Shown here one piece after another: positions 1 through 8,316 of a stretch of 13,451 bases of DNA. This stretch comes from Candidatus Bathyarchaeum sp. (GTDB taxonomy: Archaea > Thermoproteota > Bathyarchaeia > Bathyarchaeales > Bathyarchaeaceae). The notes under the pieces are model-generated. The model did no database searches. It saw nothing but the letters and a program-made list of their open reading frames with translations, and was not told the origin of the DNA. Numbering within the stretch: the stretch's first letter is position 1; every line of letters begins with the position of its first letter. Location of the stretch: NCBI GenBank assembly GCA_026014495.1, contig JAOZIF010000055.1, forward strand, positions 1-13,451, written 5' to 3'. Position numbers and translations under genes: made by a program.

Positions 1-16
1 GAAACCTTTATATAAG
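1..16 (+). promoter_or_regulatory. Archaeal BRE/TATA promoter of the his operon
   Basis: GAAACC followed by TTTATATA (8-15), upstream of the first operon gene. The same CTTTATAT core occurs before ileS (12930-12937). Confidence 0.6.
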
Positions 17-67
17 ATGTGCGGAATATGGGTTTCAACCCACAAATTACCCACTGAGGATTGAAAG

Positions 68-133
68 ATGACCAGGAGGAATAACCTTCACACGCCTACA
101 CACCCCAAAAGGAACACGGGACGTTCTGCCTAA
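68..133 (+). other. Short upstream ORF (MTRRNNLHTPTHPKRNTGRSA*) overlapping the hisZ 5' end in another frame
   Basis: ATG at 68 preceded by GAGG (56-59) at 8 nt spacing; TAA at 131-133; two CAC His codons (89-91, 101-103). Translation is unproven. Confidence 0.3.
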
Positions 134-1361
134 CGAAGTCAAACAATACACCTACATCGAAAACCAACTACGAAAAAACTTTGAACTATGGAACTACAAC
201 GAAGTCCGCTCACCCACAATAGAATTCGTCGAAACCCTATCCACAGGCGTAGGCTCAGAACTTGTTGACGCCATGTTCAAGTTTCAAGACTTTGACGGCA
301 AACTTTTAGCACTAAGAGCCGAAATGACTGCACCCGTAGCCAGAATCGTAACAACCAGAATGCAGTCCACACCCGAGCCAATCCGTTTATTCTACGTAAA
401 CAACGTTTTCAGATACAGCCAATCATACCTAAAACGAGAACGAGAATTCTGCCAAGCAGGAGTTGAACTTGTCGGATTCAACACCCCTGAGGCTGATGCC
501 GAAATACTAGCGTTACTTGTATCGTCCCTTAGGCAGGTGGGCTTAGATGACGTAAGAATCGACTTAGGTCACGCCAGCCTACTAAAAGACTTGCTAAATG
601 CGGCAGGATTAACTGACCAGCAAAAAACCTCTGTTCAGGGTCTGCTGGCGTGCAGAGACTCTGTGGGGCTAAAAAAGTTCATGGATCAGAACAGTTTTCC
701 ATCAAGCCTCAGAGATGTATTCATTGAGCTTTCCAGTTGTAGACGGTTAAGTGAGGTCTCTTCAGTTTCGTTAAGTGGTTCAAAGTATGATAAAGTAAAC
801 AAGCAGATACAGAGCCTAACCGCGCTTCAGGAGGCATTGAAAGCTTACGGGATGGCCGATGTTGTTTTCTTCGATTTTTCGTTAACAAAAAAGATTGAAT
901 ACTACACTGGAATGGTTTTTGAGGCATCGGTTCCAAATTTGGGTCTTCCAATCGGCAGCGGAGGAAGATACGACAACTTTATCGAAAAATTTGGAAATCT
1001 TAAGTTGCCCTCAATAGGTTTCGCGTTGGAAATCGGGAAACTGCTCCAAGCTCTAACTGCACAGGGCTTTGAAATCCAAAATAACACAAAAACCAAGGTC
1101 ATTGTAACGTCCAAACTAGGAAAAGCTGCAGTAGAAGCGGTTACGGCTCTTCGTGAAGCAGGGGCTATTGCTTCGTTGGAAGTAACAAAAAGAAGCCTCG
1201 AAAAGACAATAGAGTATGGAAAACTAACTGAGGCAGATTACGTTGTTTGTGTCGATTCATCTCTTGATGCGTCAATTACCGTTTATGACATAAAAAATGC
1301 TGCATCACAAACTGTGGAATTCAAAACGTTCCTGCGAACCATCGGGGGTCAATGTAAATGA
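87..1361 (+). CDS. hisZ: ATP phosphoribosyltransferase regulatory subunit (HisRS paralog); true start uncertain
   Basis: The frame is open from 72 and reads TRLHTPKGTRDVLP...EVRSPTIEF (HisS/HisZ N-terminal motifs) well before the first ATG (273). Also LALRAEMTAPVAR, FRY..REFCQAGVELVG, EYYTG and GSGGRYD. Motif 3 reads GFALEIGKL instead of HisRS GFAxGxERL, so the catalytic Arg is lost. Overlaps a short-form hisG by ATGA (1358-1361). Confidence 0.88.
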   Translation, partial: FTRLHTPKGTRDVLPNEVKQYTYIENQLRKNFELWNYNEVRSPTIEFVETLSTGVGSELVDAMFKFQDFDGKLLALRAEMTAPVARIVTTRMQSTPEPIRLFYVNNVFRYSQSYLKREREFCQAGVELVGFNTPEADAEILALLVSSLRQVGLDDVRIDLGHASLLKDLLNAAGLTDQQKTSVQGLLACRDSVGLKKFMDQNSFPSSLRDVFIELSSCRRLSEVSSVSLSGSKYDKVNKQIQSLTALQEALKAYGMADVVFFDFSLTKKIEYYTGMVFEASVPNLGLPIGSGGRYDNFIEKFGNLKLPSIGFALEIGKLLQALTAQGFEIQNNTKTKVIVTSKLGKAAVEAVTALREAGAIASLEVTKRSLEKTIEYGKLTEADYVVCVDSSLDASITVYDIKNAASQTVEFKTFLRTIGGQCK

Positions 1362-1990
1362 AAAAGAAAATTCGCATCGCAGTACCAAATAAGGGGCGCA
1401 TAAAACAGCCAACAATGGATGCGCTGGCACGTGCAGGCATAACAATACTAGAAGAAGAAAGAACATACGTTTCCAAAACATCTGACCCACGATACGAGGC
1501 AATATTTGCCCGAGCCAACGACATACCAGTCTATGTGCACTACGGCGCCGTAGACCTCGGAGTAACTGGACACGACCTAATCCTAGAACGAGAAGCAGAC
1601 GTTCTTGAATTGCTGGACCTAAACTTTGGGAACGCAACACTAGTAGTTGCGGTGCCCGAAAAATCACAAATCAAAACAGTAACCGATGTGCCTGCCTTGA
1701 CAAGAGTTGCAACAGAATTTCCAAACATCACAAGAAAATACTTTGAGCGACTAGGAAAGCAGGTGGAAGTTCTTGAAGTCAGCGGAACAGCGGAGCTTGC
1801 GCCTAAACTGGGTCTGGCTCAGATGATTGTTGATATAACATCAAGCGGCGAGACACTACGAAAAAACAAGTTAAGAATAATTGGGACTATACTTGAGTCA
1901 ACGTGCAGATTAGCGTGTAACAAGATTGCGTACCGAACTTTCGAGAAGGAAATTAGTGAATTGCAAACTAAGCTTCAAGGGGAGGTTTGA
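1358..1990 (+). CDS. hisG: ATP phosphoribosyltransferase, short form (210 aa, no C-terminal regulatory domain)
   Basis: IAVPNKGRI, ARANDIPVYVHYGAVDLGVTGHD, RVATEFPNIT, SGTAELAPKLG, VDITSSGETLRKNKL. RBS GGGGGT at 1344-1349. Confidence 0.96.
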   Translation: MKKKIRIAVPNKGRIKQPTMDALARAGITILEEERTYVSKTSDPRYEAIFARANDIPVYVHYGAVDLGVTGHDLILEREADVLELLDLNFGNATLVVAVPEKSQIKTVTDVPALTRVATEFPNITRKYFERLGKQVEVLEVSGTAELAPKLGLAQMIVDITSSGETLRKNKLRIIGTILESTCRLACNKIAYRTFEKEISELQTKLQGEV

Positions 1991-1994
1991 GCAG

Positions 1995-3290
1995 ATGAGA
2001 ATTGTATCGTCTAAAGACTTCAAAGAAAAAGAGCTTAACTTGCTCCTAAACAGGGGAAAAGCTGACATTTCATCGATTGTTTCTGCAGTCAGACAGATAA
2101 TATGTGATGTTAAAGAAGAAGGCGACTTAGCCCTATTGCGTTACACTGAAAGATTTGATAATGTACGTTTAGCTTCAACAAAGCTGAAGGTTACAAACAA
2201 AGAAATCAAGGACGCATACACGAAGCTGAGCAAAAAACAAATTAGCGCCTTGCAAAAAGCCGCTGATAATATCGCAAGCTTCCACAAAGAACAGCTCAGA
2301 GCCAAATGGACAACGCAACTAGCAGAAGGCGTAACTTTAGGGCAGGTGAGCAGACCCTTAGCTTCTGTTGGAGTTTATGCTCCAGGAGGAAAAGCGTCAT
2401 ACCCTTCTTCTGTACTCATGTGTGCTATCCCCGCAAGGGTGGCTGGGGTTGAAAAGGTAGTTGTTTGTTCTCCTCCTTCAAAGAGTGGAAATGTTAATCC
2501 TGCTCTTTTGGTTGCGGCGGACATTGCTGGTGTGAGCGAGTTTTATCGGGTTGGGGGAGCTCAGGCGATAGCTGCTATGGCGTACGGTACAGGTACTGTA
2601 CAATCTGTTGATAAAATTGTAGGACCAGGAAACGTTTACGTAACCGCCGCAAAGATAGAAGTAAACAGAGACGTTGCAATAGACGTTCCTGCTGGACCAA
2701 GCGAAGTCCTAATAATTGCAGACGAAACTGCCAACGCATCATATATAGCCGCAGACCTTCTTGCCCAAGCAGAACACGACCCACAAGCATGGGCAATTCT
2801 ATTATCAACATCAAAAACTTTAGCGACAAACGTCCAAAATGAAATCAACAACCAGCTTAAAACGCTCTCTAGAATAGACATAATCAACTCTTCCCTGCAA
2901 AAAGGAGGACTGATAGTAACAGTGCAAAACATCAAAGAGGCAACAGAACTATCGAACATGATAGCTCCAGAGCACCTGCAAATACAAACAAAAGCCCCAG
3001 AGGAAGTATTCAGTAATATCAAAAATGCGGGGGCAGTCTTTTTGGGTAGCTACTCGCCAGTATCATTTGGCGACTACTCGTCGGGACTAAATCATGTCCT
3101 ACCCACGGCAGGTTACGCAAAAATTTACTCAGGACTCTCCAGCCTAGACTTTGTTAAAACAATGAATTTTCTGCAGTGCACAAGGGACGGCTATAGTAGC
3201 CTAAAAGAAACTGCAGTAACAGTCGCAGAAATGGAGGGCTTTGATGCCCACGCAAGAGCAGTCTCAATTAGAGAGGAGCAACAAAAATGA
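1995..3290 (+). CDS. hisD: Histidinol dehydrogenase
   Basis: VGVYAPGG, YPSSVLM, GGAQAIAAMAYG, DKIVGPGNVYV, AGPSEVLIIAD, QAEHD, APEHL, GDYSSGLNHVLPT. Start moved from the track's 1926 to ATG 1995, which follows GGAGGT (1981-1986). Confidence 0.97.
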   Translation: MRIVSSKDFKEKELNLLLNRGKADISSIVSAVRQIICDVKEEGDLALLRYTERFDNVRLASTKLKVTNKEIKDAYTKLSKKQISALQKAADNIASFHKEQLRAKWTTQLAEGVTLGQVSRPLASVGVYAPGGKASYPSSVLMCAIPARVAGVEKVVVCSPPSKSGNVNPALLVAADIAGVSEFYRVGGAQAIAAMAYGTGTVQSVDKIVGPGNVYVTAAKIEVNRDVAIDVPAGPSEVLIIADETANASYIAADLLAQAEHDPQAWAILLSTSKTLATNVQNEINNQLKTLSRIDIINSSLQKGGLIVTVQNIKEATELSNMIAPEHLQIQTKAPEEVFSNIKNAGAVFLGSYSPVSFGDYSSGLNHVLPTAGYAKIYSGLSSLDFVKTMNFLQCTRDGYSSLKETAVTVAEMEGFDAHARAVSIREEQQK

Positions 3291-4378
3291 ACATCAAAAA
3301 ACTGGTTCAAAAGGAAGTTCTAGACATTTCATGCTACGAAGTTAAAACCATCCTTGAGCAAAAACCTGACAACCAACTAGTTAAGATGAATCTGAACGAG
3401 AACTTTGCTGTGTCAAGTGAACCTGTCAAAAAACTGTTGCTTGATGCCTGCCAACGCGTTGACGTTCGCGCATATCCTCCACCTCGCGGTAGTTTAGCAG
3501 TTAAGGCTATCTCCGATTTTCTGGGATTGAGCCCATCTGAGGTTGCTGTGGCGAATGGTGCAGACGAAGTCATGGATTTGCTAATGAAAGTGTTTGTCCG
3601 AAAAGGCTCGAAGGTAATGGTTGCTGAGCCAACATTTCCAATGTATACTTTCTTTGCGGAGTTGTATGGGGGCAAGGAAGTCACGGTTATGCTCAAAGAA
3701 GACTTTAGTTTGGATGTTGACGCCATACTCAATAAGGTAGACAAGCAGACGCGACTGCTTTTCGTTTGTTCTCCAAACAATCCCACAGGCAACCAGTTTC
3801 GAGAATCAGACATCAAACGACTCTTGAATGAATTCAAGGGCATAGTGGTTGTAGATGAAGCATACGTGGACTTCGCTTCAGGTTCGGTCATCGACTGGAT
3901 ACCAGATTATGATAACCTTGCAGTATTGCGAAGCTTTTCGAAGGCGTTCGGTTTAGCTGGGCTTCGCCTTGGTTATCTTGTTTCAAGCAAACAAGTCATA
4001 AACTATGTCCAAAGAGTTGTTGGACCATTCAATGTGAATTCTGTGACTCAACAAACCGTCGCTTTGGCTCTGCAGAACTGGAATTACTTCAAAGAACAAT
4101 TAGACCTTGTAGTCAATGAACGGGAATGGCTAATGGAAAACCTAAAGCAAATCGATGGATTGAAACCTTACCCTTCAGACGCCAACTTTATCCTCTTCAA
4201 AGTAACCGCAGCCAATCTCTCCTCTGCAACCTTAACTGAACAACTAGAAAAACGCAATGTGTTAGTAAAAGACAGAGGACAATTGCCTTTGTTAGAAAAT
4301 TGCATACGGGTCACTGTTGGAACCCGAAACATGAACCAAGCCTTCATTTCAGCTCTAAAGGCGTCACTGGAGGAGTAG
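3287..4378 (+). CDS. hisC: Histidinol-phosphate aminotransferase (PLP class I/II)
   Basis: KMNLNEN, NGADE, CSPNNPTG, VVVDEAYVDF, LRSFSKAFGLAGLRLGY (PLP lysine), SDANF, CIRVTVG. ATGA overlap with hisD. Confidence 0.96.
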   Translation: MNIKKLVQKEVLDISCYEVKTILEQKPDNQLVKMNLNENFAVSSEPVKKLLLDACQRVDVRAYPPPRGSLAVKAISDFLGLSPSEVAVANGADEVMDLLMKVFVRKGSKVMVAEPTFPMYTFFAELYGGKEVTVMLKEDFSLDVDAILNKVDKQTRLLFVCSPNNPTGNQFRESDIKRLLNEFKGIVVVDEAYVDFASGSVIDWIPDYDNLAVLRSFSKAFGLAGLRLGYLVSSKQVINYVQRVVGPFNVNSVTQQTVALALQNWNYFKEQLDLVVNEREWLMENLKQIDGLKPYPSDANFILFKVTAANLSSATLTEQLEKRNVLVKDRGQLPLLENCIRVTVGTRNMNQAFISALKASLEE

Positions 4379-4385
4379 AAACTAT

Positions 4386-5582
4386 ATGTCTTACAGGTTG
4401 CTAAACAACGAACGGCAGATATACGTTAGGGCAGGCTCTGAGAAGACTCTTCGTGGGATAAAAAAGCTAATCTTTGATTTCGATGGTGTGCTTGCTCAAA
4501 CTAGCCAGTCATACAGACAGACAATACGAAACGTTGTTGATTACTACTTCTTAGATTTGCTTGGTCTTACAGGAGAAAAAGGAAAGCTAGTGACCTTGCG
4601 AGATATTCAGAAATTCAAGGACACTGGACTGTATAATAACGACTGGAAGCTATCATACGCCCTAATCAATTACTACCTAAGTATTGTGTTGCGAAATCTT
4701 GAACAAAAAAATGTTCTTGAAGAGTTCAAAAAACAGTTTGGTGGCATTCAGTTCTCAAATGTTCAAGAGTTGATTCAGAACCTAACAAAGGTTGGTGACT
4801 TTCTTAGACGATATGGAATCAGCGCAACTGCCCTTTCAAACTTAAAGGACGATAAAATTGTTGGCTTGGACTTGTTTTTAGCGCAAGCAAGCCTTGAGAA
4901 ACAAAAACCGATTGAAACATCTCTTGTAGGTGTTGACCCTGAGGTTGTAGAAGATAAAGAGATGCTAGTTAGATGGTTGATTCCTTATGACCTTGAGAAG
5001 CCTGATTTGTTGAAGCGATTGTTTGAGGAGACGTATCTGGGCAAAGAATTATTCACCAAAATATATGATATGCCCGCTTTTTTCAAGTTTGATTCAAGCC
5101 TTCTGGACATAGAAGAGTTTATTCCAACAAAAAAGACAATGAGCCTGCTTCGTAGCCAGTTTGGCAAATTTGGAATATACTCTGGAAGACCTAGACCCCA
5201 AGGTATGTACATCCTAGAAAAATACAGTTACACAAGATACTTTGACCAAACGCAATCCGTTTTCCTTGGAGACTTGCTCAAATCTGAGGCTGAAATGGAA
5301 AAACTTGGAAAACCCGACCCCACACTATTTGTTGAGTTGATAAAGAAAACTGTTGACCGTGGGGTTGGGGTGGTTTATGTAGGAGACGGCATCGCAGACG
5401 CAATACTTGTTGAGAACGCAAAAGCTATGGGACTTGAAAACCTGTACTTTGTGGGTGTTGTATCATCGTCAGAGGATTCAAATACGCTTTTTACTCAATA
5501 CAGTAAACATGGAGCTGACGCAGTAGTAACTGACGTGAATGATATTCCATACCTGTTTACAAGTTTGGGAGGAACTCTTTGA
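4386..5582 (+). CDS. HAD-superfamily phosphatase with large cap; candidate histidinol-phosphate phosphatase
   Basis: Motif I FDFDG (D31/D33), motif II YSGR (S266), motif III KPDP (K309), motif IV GDGIAD (D334/D338). Embedded between hisC and hisB with 7-nt and 1-nt gaps. The HAD call is strong; the substrate is inferred from context. Confidence 0.85.
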   Translation: MSYRLLNNERQIYVRAGSEKTLRGIKKLIFDFDGVLAQTSQSYRQTIRNVVDYYFLDLLGLTGEKGKLVTLRDIQKFKDTGLYNNDWKLSYALINYYLSIVLRNLEQKNVLEEFKKQFGGIQFSNVQELIQNLTKVGDFLRRYGISATALSNLKDDKIVGLDLFLAQASLEKQKPIETSLVGVDPEVVEDKEMLVRWLIPYDLEKPDLLKRLFEETYLGKELFTKIYDMPAFFKFDSSLLDIEEFIPTKKTMSLLRSQFGKFGIYSGRPRPQGMYILEKYSYTRYFDQTQSVFLGDLLKSEAEMEKLGKPDPTLFVELIKKTVDRGVGVVYVGDGIADAILVENAKAMGLENLYFVGVVSSSEDSNTLFTQYSKHGADAVVTDVNDIPYLFTSLGGTL

Positions 5583-5583
5583 G

Positions 5584-6162
5584 ATGAGAAAAGTAAATGC
5601 TAAAAGAAAAACCAAAGAAGTAGACATAACCTTGGAGCTAGACGTCGATGGAAAAGGAAACGCAGATGTCAAAACAGGCATCAAGTTTTTGGATCACATG
5701 CTATTGACGCTAGCTAAGCATGGACTATTTGACTTGAATGTCAAAGCAACGGGAGACCTAACGCATCACATAAGCGAAGATGTAGCTTTGGTGCTGGGCG
5801 AGGCACTAAACAAGGCAACAAACAAGGGCAAAGGCATCAAACGGTTCGGTTCTGCATATGTTCCTATGGATGAGTCCTTAGCAAGAGCTACAGTAGACCT
5901 AGGCGGAAGACCATACTGTATACTAAACCTTAGAATCATGCAAACCCAAATTGAAGATCTGAAAACCGAGGACATAGAGCACTTCTTTGAGTCGCTAGCT
6001 CAAGCCGCCAAAGCCAACATCCATGTAACTGTTTTGTATGGTAGTAACGAGCACCACAAAGTAGAGGCTGCGGTAAAGGCGTTAGCGCTTGCTTTGAGGC
6101 AGGCATTCACAGTTGAGCCAAGAATCGGAGATCAGGTTCCAAGCGCAAAGGGGGTTCTTTAG
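5584..6162 (+). CDS. hisB: Imidazoleglycerol-phosphate dehydratase (monofunctional)
   Basis: RKTKEVDI, FLDHML, HHISED, PMDESLA, NEHHKVEAAVKA. No N-terminal phosphatase domain. Start moved from 5539 to ATG 5584, after GGAGG (5568-5572). Confidence 0.96.
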   Translation: MRKVNAKRKTKEVDITLELDVDGKGNADVKTGIKFLDHMLLTLAKHGLFDLNVKATGDLTHHISEDVALVLGEALNKATNKGKGIKRFGSAYVPMDESLARATVDLGGRPYCILNLRIMQTQIEDLKTEDIEHFFESLAQAAKANIHVTVLYGSNEHHKVEAAVKALALALRQAFTVEPRIGDQVPSAKGVL

Positions 6163-6173
6163 CAATACCTCAA

Positions 6174-6773
6174 GTGGCAGTTGTGAACTATGGCGTGGGA
6201 AACCTAAGAAGCATCCGCAAAGGGCTTGAAAAGTCGGGAGCCACGGTCCAAGTTACACATAACCCAGCAGATTTACGCGGGTCTGATGCCATTGTTCTTC
6301 CGGGTGTTGGAGCGTTTGCTCCTGCAGTTAAGAACATGGAGCCAATAGCTGATGTTGTAGCGCAGGCAATGAAGAGCGGCAAGCCAATTCTTGGGGTCTG
6401 TTTGGGGCTTCAGCTTCTTTTCACAAAAAGTAGTGAAGGCGGTTCAGTTAAAGGACTAGATTTCATCTCTGGTGAGGTCGTTAAGTTGCCTGATTCTGTG
6501 AAGACGCCTCAGATGGGATGGAACACCATAAACTTTGCGCGGTCTCACCCGTTGCTTGATGGCGTTAAAGAAGGTTCTTACGTGTATTTTGTTCACTCAT
6601 ATTATCCTCAGCCCGCAGACCCAACTGTTGTAGTGACAACCACAGATTATGGGGTTAAGTTTGCGTCAATGGTTGCGAAAAAGAATCTTTTTGCAACTCA
6701 GTTTCACCCTGAGAAAAGCAGCAAAACAGGATTAATTATGCTGAAAAATTTTGTGAACATAGTGAAGAGGTGA
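6174..6773 (+). CDS. hisH: Imidazole glycerol phosphate synthase, glutamine amidotransferase subunit (GTG start; alternative ATA start at 6165)
   Basis: NYGVGNLRS, LPGVGAF, GVCLGLQLL (catalytic Cys), PQMGWN, YFVHSY, QFHPEKS (His/Glu of the triad). Confidence 0.97.
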   Translation: MAVVNYGVGNLRSIRKGLEKSGATVQVTHNPADLRGSDAIVLPGVGAFAPAVKNMEPIADVVAQAMKSGKPILGVCLGLQLLFTKSSEGGSVKGLDFISGEVVKLPDSVKTPQMGWNTINFARSHPLLDGVKEGSYVYFVHSYYPQPADPTVVVTTTDYGVKFASMVAKKNLFATQFHPEKSSKTGLIMLKNFVNIVKR

Positions 6774-6779
6774 TTTAGA

Positions 6780-7502
6780 ATGATTGTTATTCCTGCTGTG
6801 GACATTTTGGGCGGAAAGTGTGTTCGGCTTTTTCGTGGAGACCCAAATAAAAACAAGGTTTACTATGAGGACCCACTGGAGGCGGCTCAGATTCTGGAAC
6901 ATGACGGGGCGGAGCTTATTCATGTGGTTGATTTGGATGCTGCGTTAGGGTCTGGGCAGAACACAGACGCAATAAAGCGAATTGTAGAAAACGTGAAAGT
7001 TAAGGTTGAGGTTGGCGGCGGAATACGGAGCTTAGAGAAGGCGGATGAGCTTTTGAAGCTTGGTGTTTATCGTGTAATTTTTGGGACTGCTGCAGTAAAA
7101 AATCCCGGTTTGGTCAAAGAGGCGGTGAAAGTTTACGGTTCAGAGCATGTTGTTGTGGGTATTGACGAGAAGGATGGAAAAGTTGCAGTTCACGGCTGGA
7201 CAAACAAGTCTGAGTTGGGTTACTTGGAGTTTGCCAAAACTTTTGACCGTATAGGCGTTGGTGCCTTGATTTTTACTCCAATTAGTGTGGATGGAACATT
7301 GGAAGGACCGCAAACAGAAAAAACAAAGCAATTAGTAGAGTCTGTTAGTGTTCCGGTTGTTGCGTCTGGGGGCGTTGCTAGGATTGAGGATTTGGTTGCG
7401 TTAACAAAAACTGGGGCTGCGGGAGTTGTTGTTGGGACTGCAATTTATGAAAAAAAGTTTACTGTAAAACAAGCGTTGGAGGCTGTTAAAAATGTTAGCT
7501 AA
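6780..7502 (+). CDS. hisA: ProFAR isomerase
   Basis: [47 protein letters not shown] at 6767-6773. Confidence 0.96.
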   Translation: MIVIPAVDILGGKCVRLFRGDPNKNKVYYEDPLEAAQILEHDGAELIHVVDLDAALGSGQNTDAIKRIVENVKVKVEVGGGIRSLEKADELLKLGVYRVIFGTAAVKNPGLVKEAVKVYGSEHVVVGIDEKDGKVAVHGWTNKSELGYLEFAKTFDRIGVGALIFTPISVDGTLEGPQTEKTKQLVESVSVPVVASGGVARIEDLVALTKTGAAGVVVGTAIYEKKFTVKQALEAVKNVS

Positions 7503-8301
7503 ACGAATAATTCCCTGTCTTGATGTTATGAATGGTCAGGTAGTAAAGGGTGTTCAGTTCGTAAACCTGAAGGTGGAAGGTGACCCCGCTGAGCTTGCCG
7601 CAGACTATGAAGAGCAGGGCGCTGATGAGGTGGTTTTTTTGGATATAACTGCCTCTCACGAGAAGCGGGACACAACATTAGAGGTTGTAAAGCGGACTGC
7701 GGACACGATTTCTATTCCTTTTACGGTTGGTGGTGGCATCAGAAATATCACTGACATACAAAATGCCCTTTCTAGTGGCGCGGACAAGGTTTCTGTGAAC
7801 ACTGCAGCGGTGAATAATCCAAAGCTTGTGGAGGCGTCTGCTTCTATTTTTGGTAGCCAGTGTATTGTTGTTGCTATAGATGCGAAGCGCGTTTACGTGG
7901 ACGATTATGTTTCAGACAAAACTGTTGTGGAAACGTGTAATGGTAAGTGCTGGTGGGAAGTTTACCTAATGGGCGGAAGACAACCCACAGGAATAGACGC
8001 CTTAGCGTGGGCAAAGCAGGTTAAAGAGTTGGGCGCTGGAGAGCTTTTGCCGACTAGCATGGACTGTGATGGGGTTCAGACAGGCTACGACCTAGAGTTA
8101 ACGCGGGAGATGAGTAAGGCTACGAATCTTCCAGTTATTGCGAGTGGTGGTGCGGGTAACTTGGAGCACATTTTTGATGTGTTGACTGTGGGTGAGGCGG
8201 ATGCTGCTTTGGCTGCGTCTATTTTTCATAGGGGTCAGTATTCTGTGGGAGAAGTTAAGAGGTACCTCTCAGAAAAAGGAGTGCCGATGCGTCTGGTTTA
8301 A
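7492..8301 (+). CDS. hisF: Imidazole glycerol phosphate synthase, cyclase subunit
   Basis: [61 protein letters not shown]. Overlaps hisA by 11 nt. Confidence 0.98.
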   Translation: MLAKRIIPCLDVMNGQVVKGVQFVNLKVEGDPAELAADYEEQGADEVVFLDITASHEKRDTTLEVVKRTADTISIPFTVGGGIRNITDIQNALSSGADKVSVNTAAVNNPKLVEASASIFGSQCIVVAIDAKRVYVDDYVSDKTVVETCNGKCWWEVYLMGGRQPTGIDALAWAKQVKELGAGELLPTSMDCDGVQTGYDLELTREMSKATNLPVIASGGAGNLEHIFDVLTVGEADAALAASIFHRGQYSVGEVKRYLSEKGVPMRLV

Positions 8302-8316
8302 AGTGGAGGATGAAAA

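Noticed and set aside
38-133. Classical hisL-type transcription attenuator
   Set aside because: Only two non-adjacent His codons and no terminator/antiterminator hairpins with a U-tract between the uORF and hisZ.
87-1361. Calling the first gene histidyl-tRNA synthetase (hisS)
   Set aside because: Motif 3 lacks the Gly and the catalytic Arg (GFALEIGKL), motif 2 is degenerate, and the gene overlaps a short-form hisG that requires HisZ.
1926-1994. Longer hisD start at 1926, and likewise the hisB start at 5539
   Set aside because: Both overlap the preceding gene extensively; the downstream ATGs (1995, 5584) have proper RBSs and typical N-termini.
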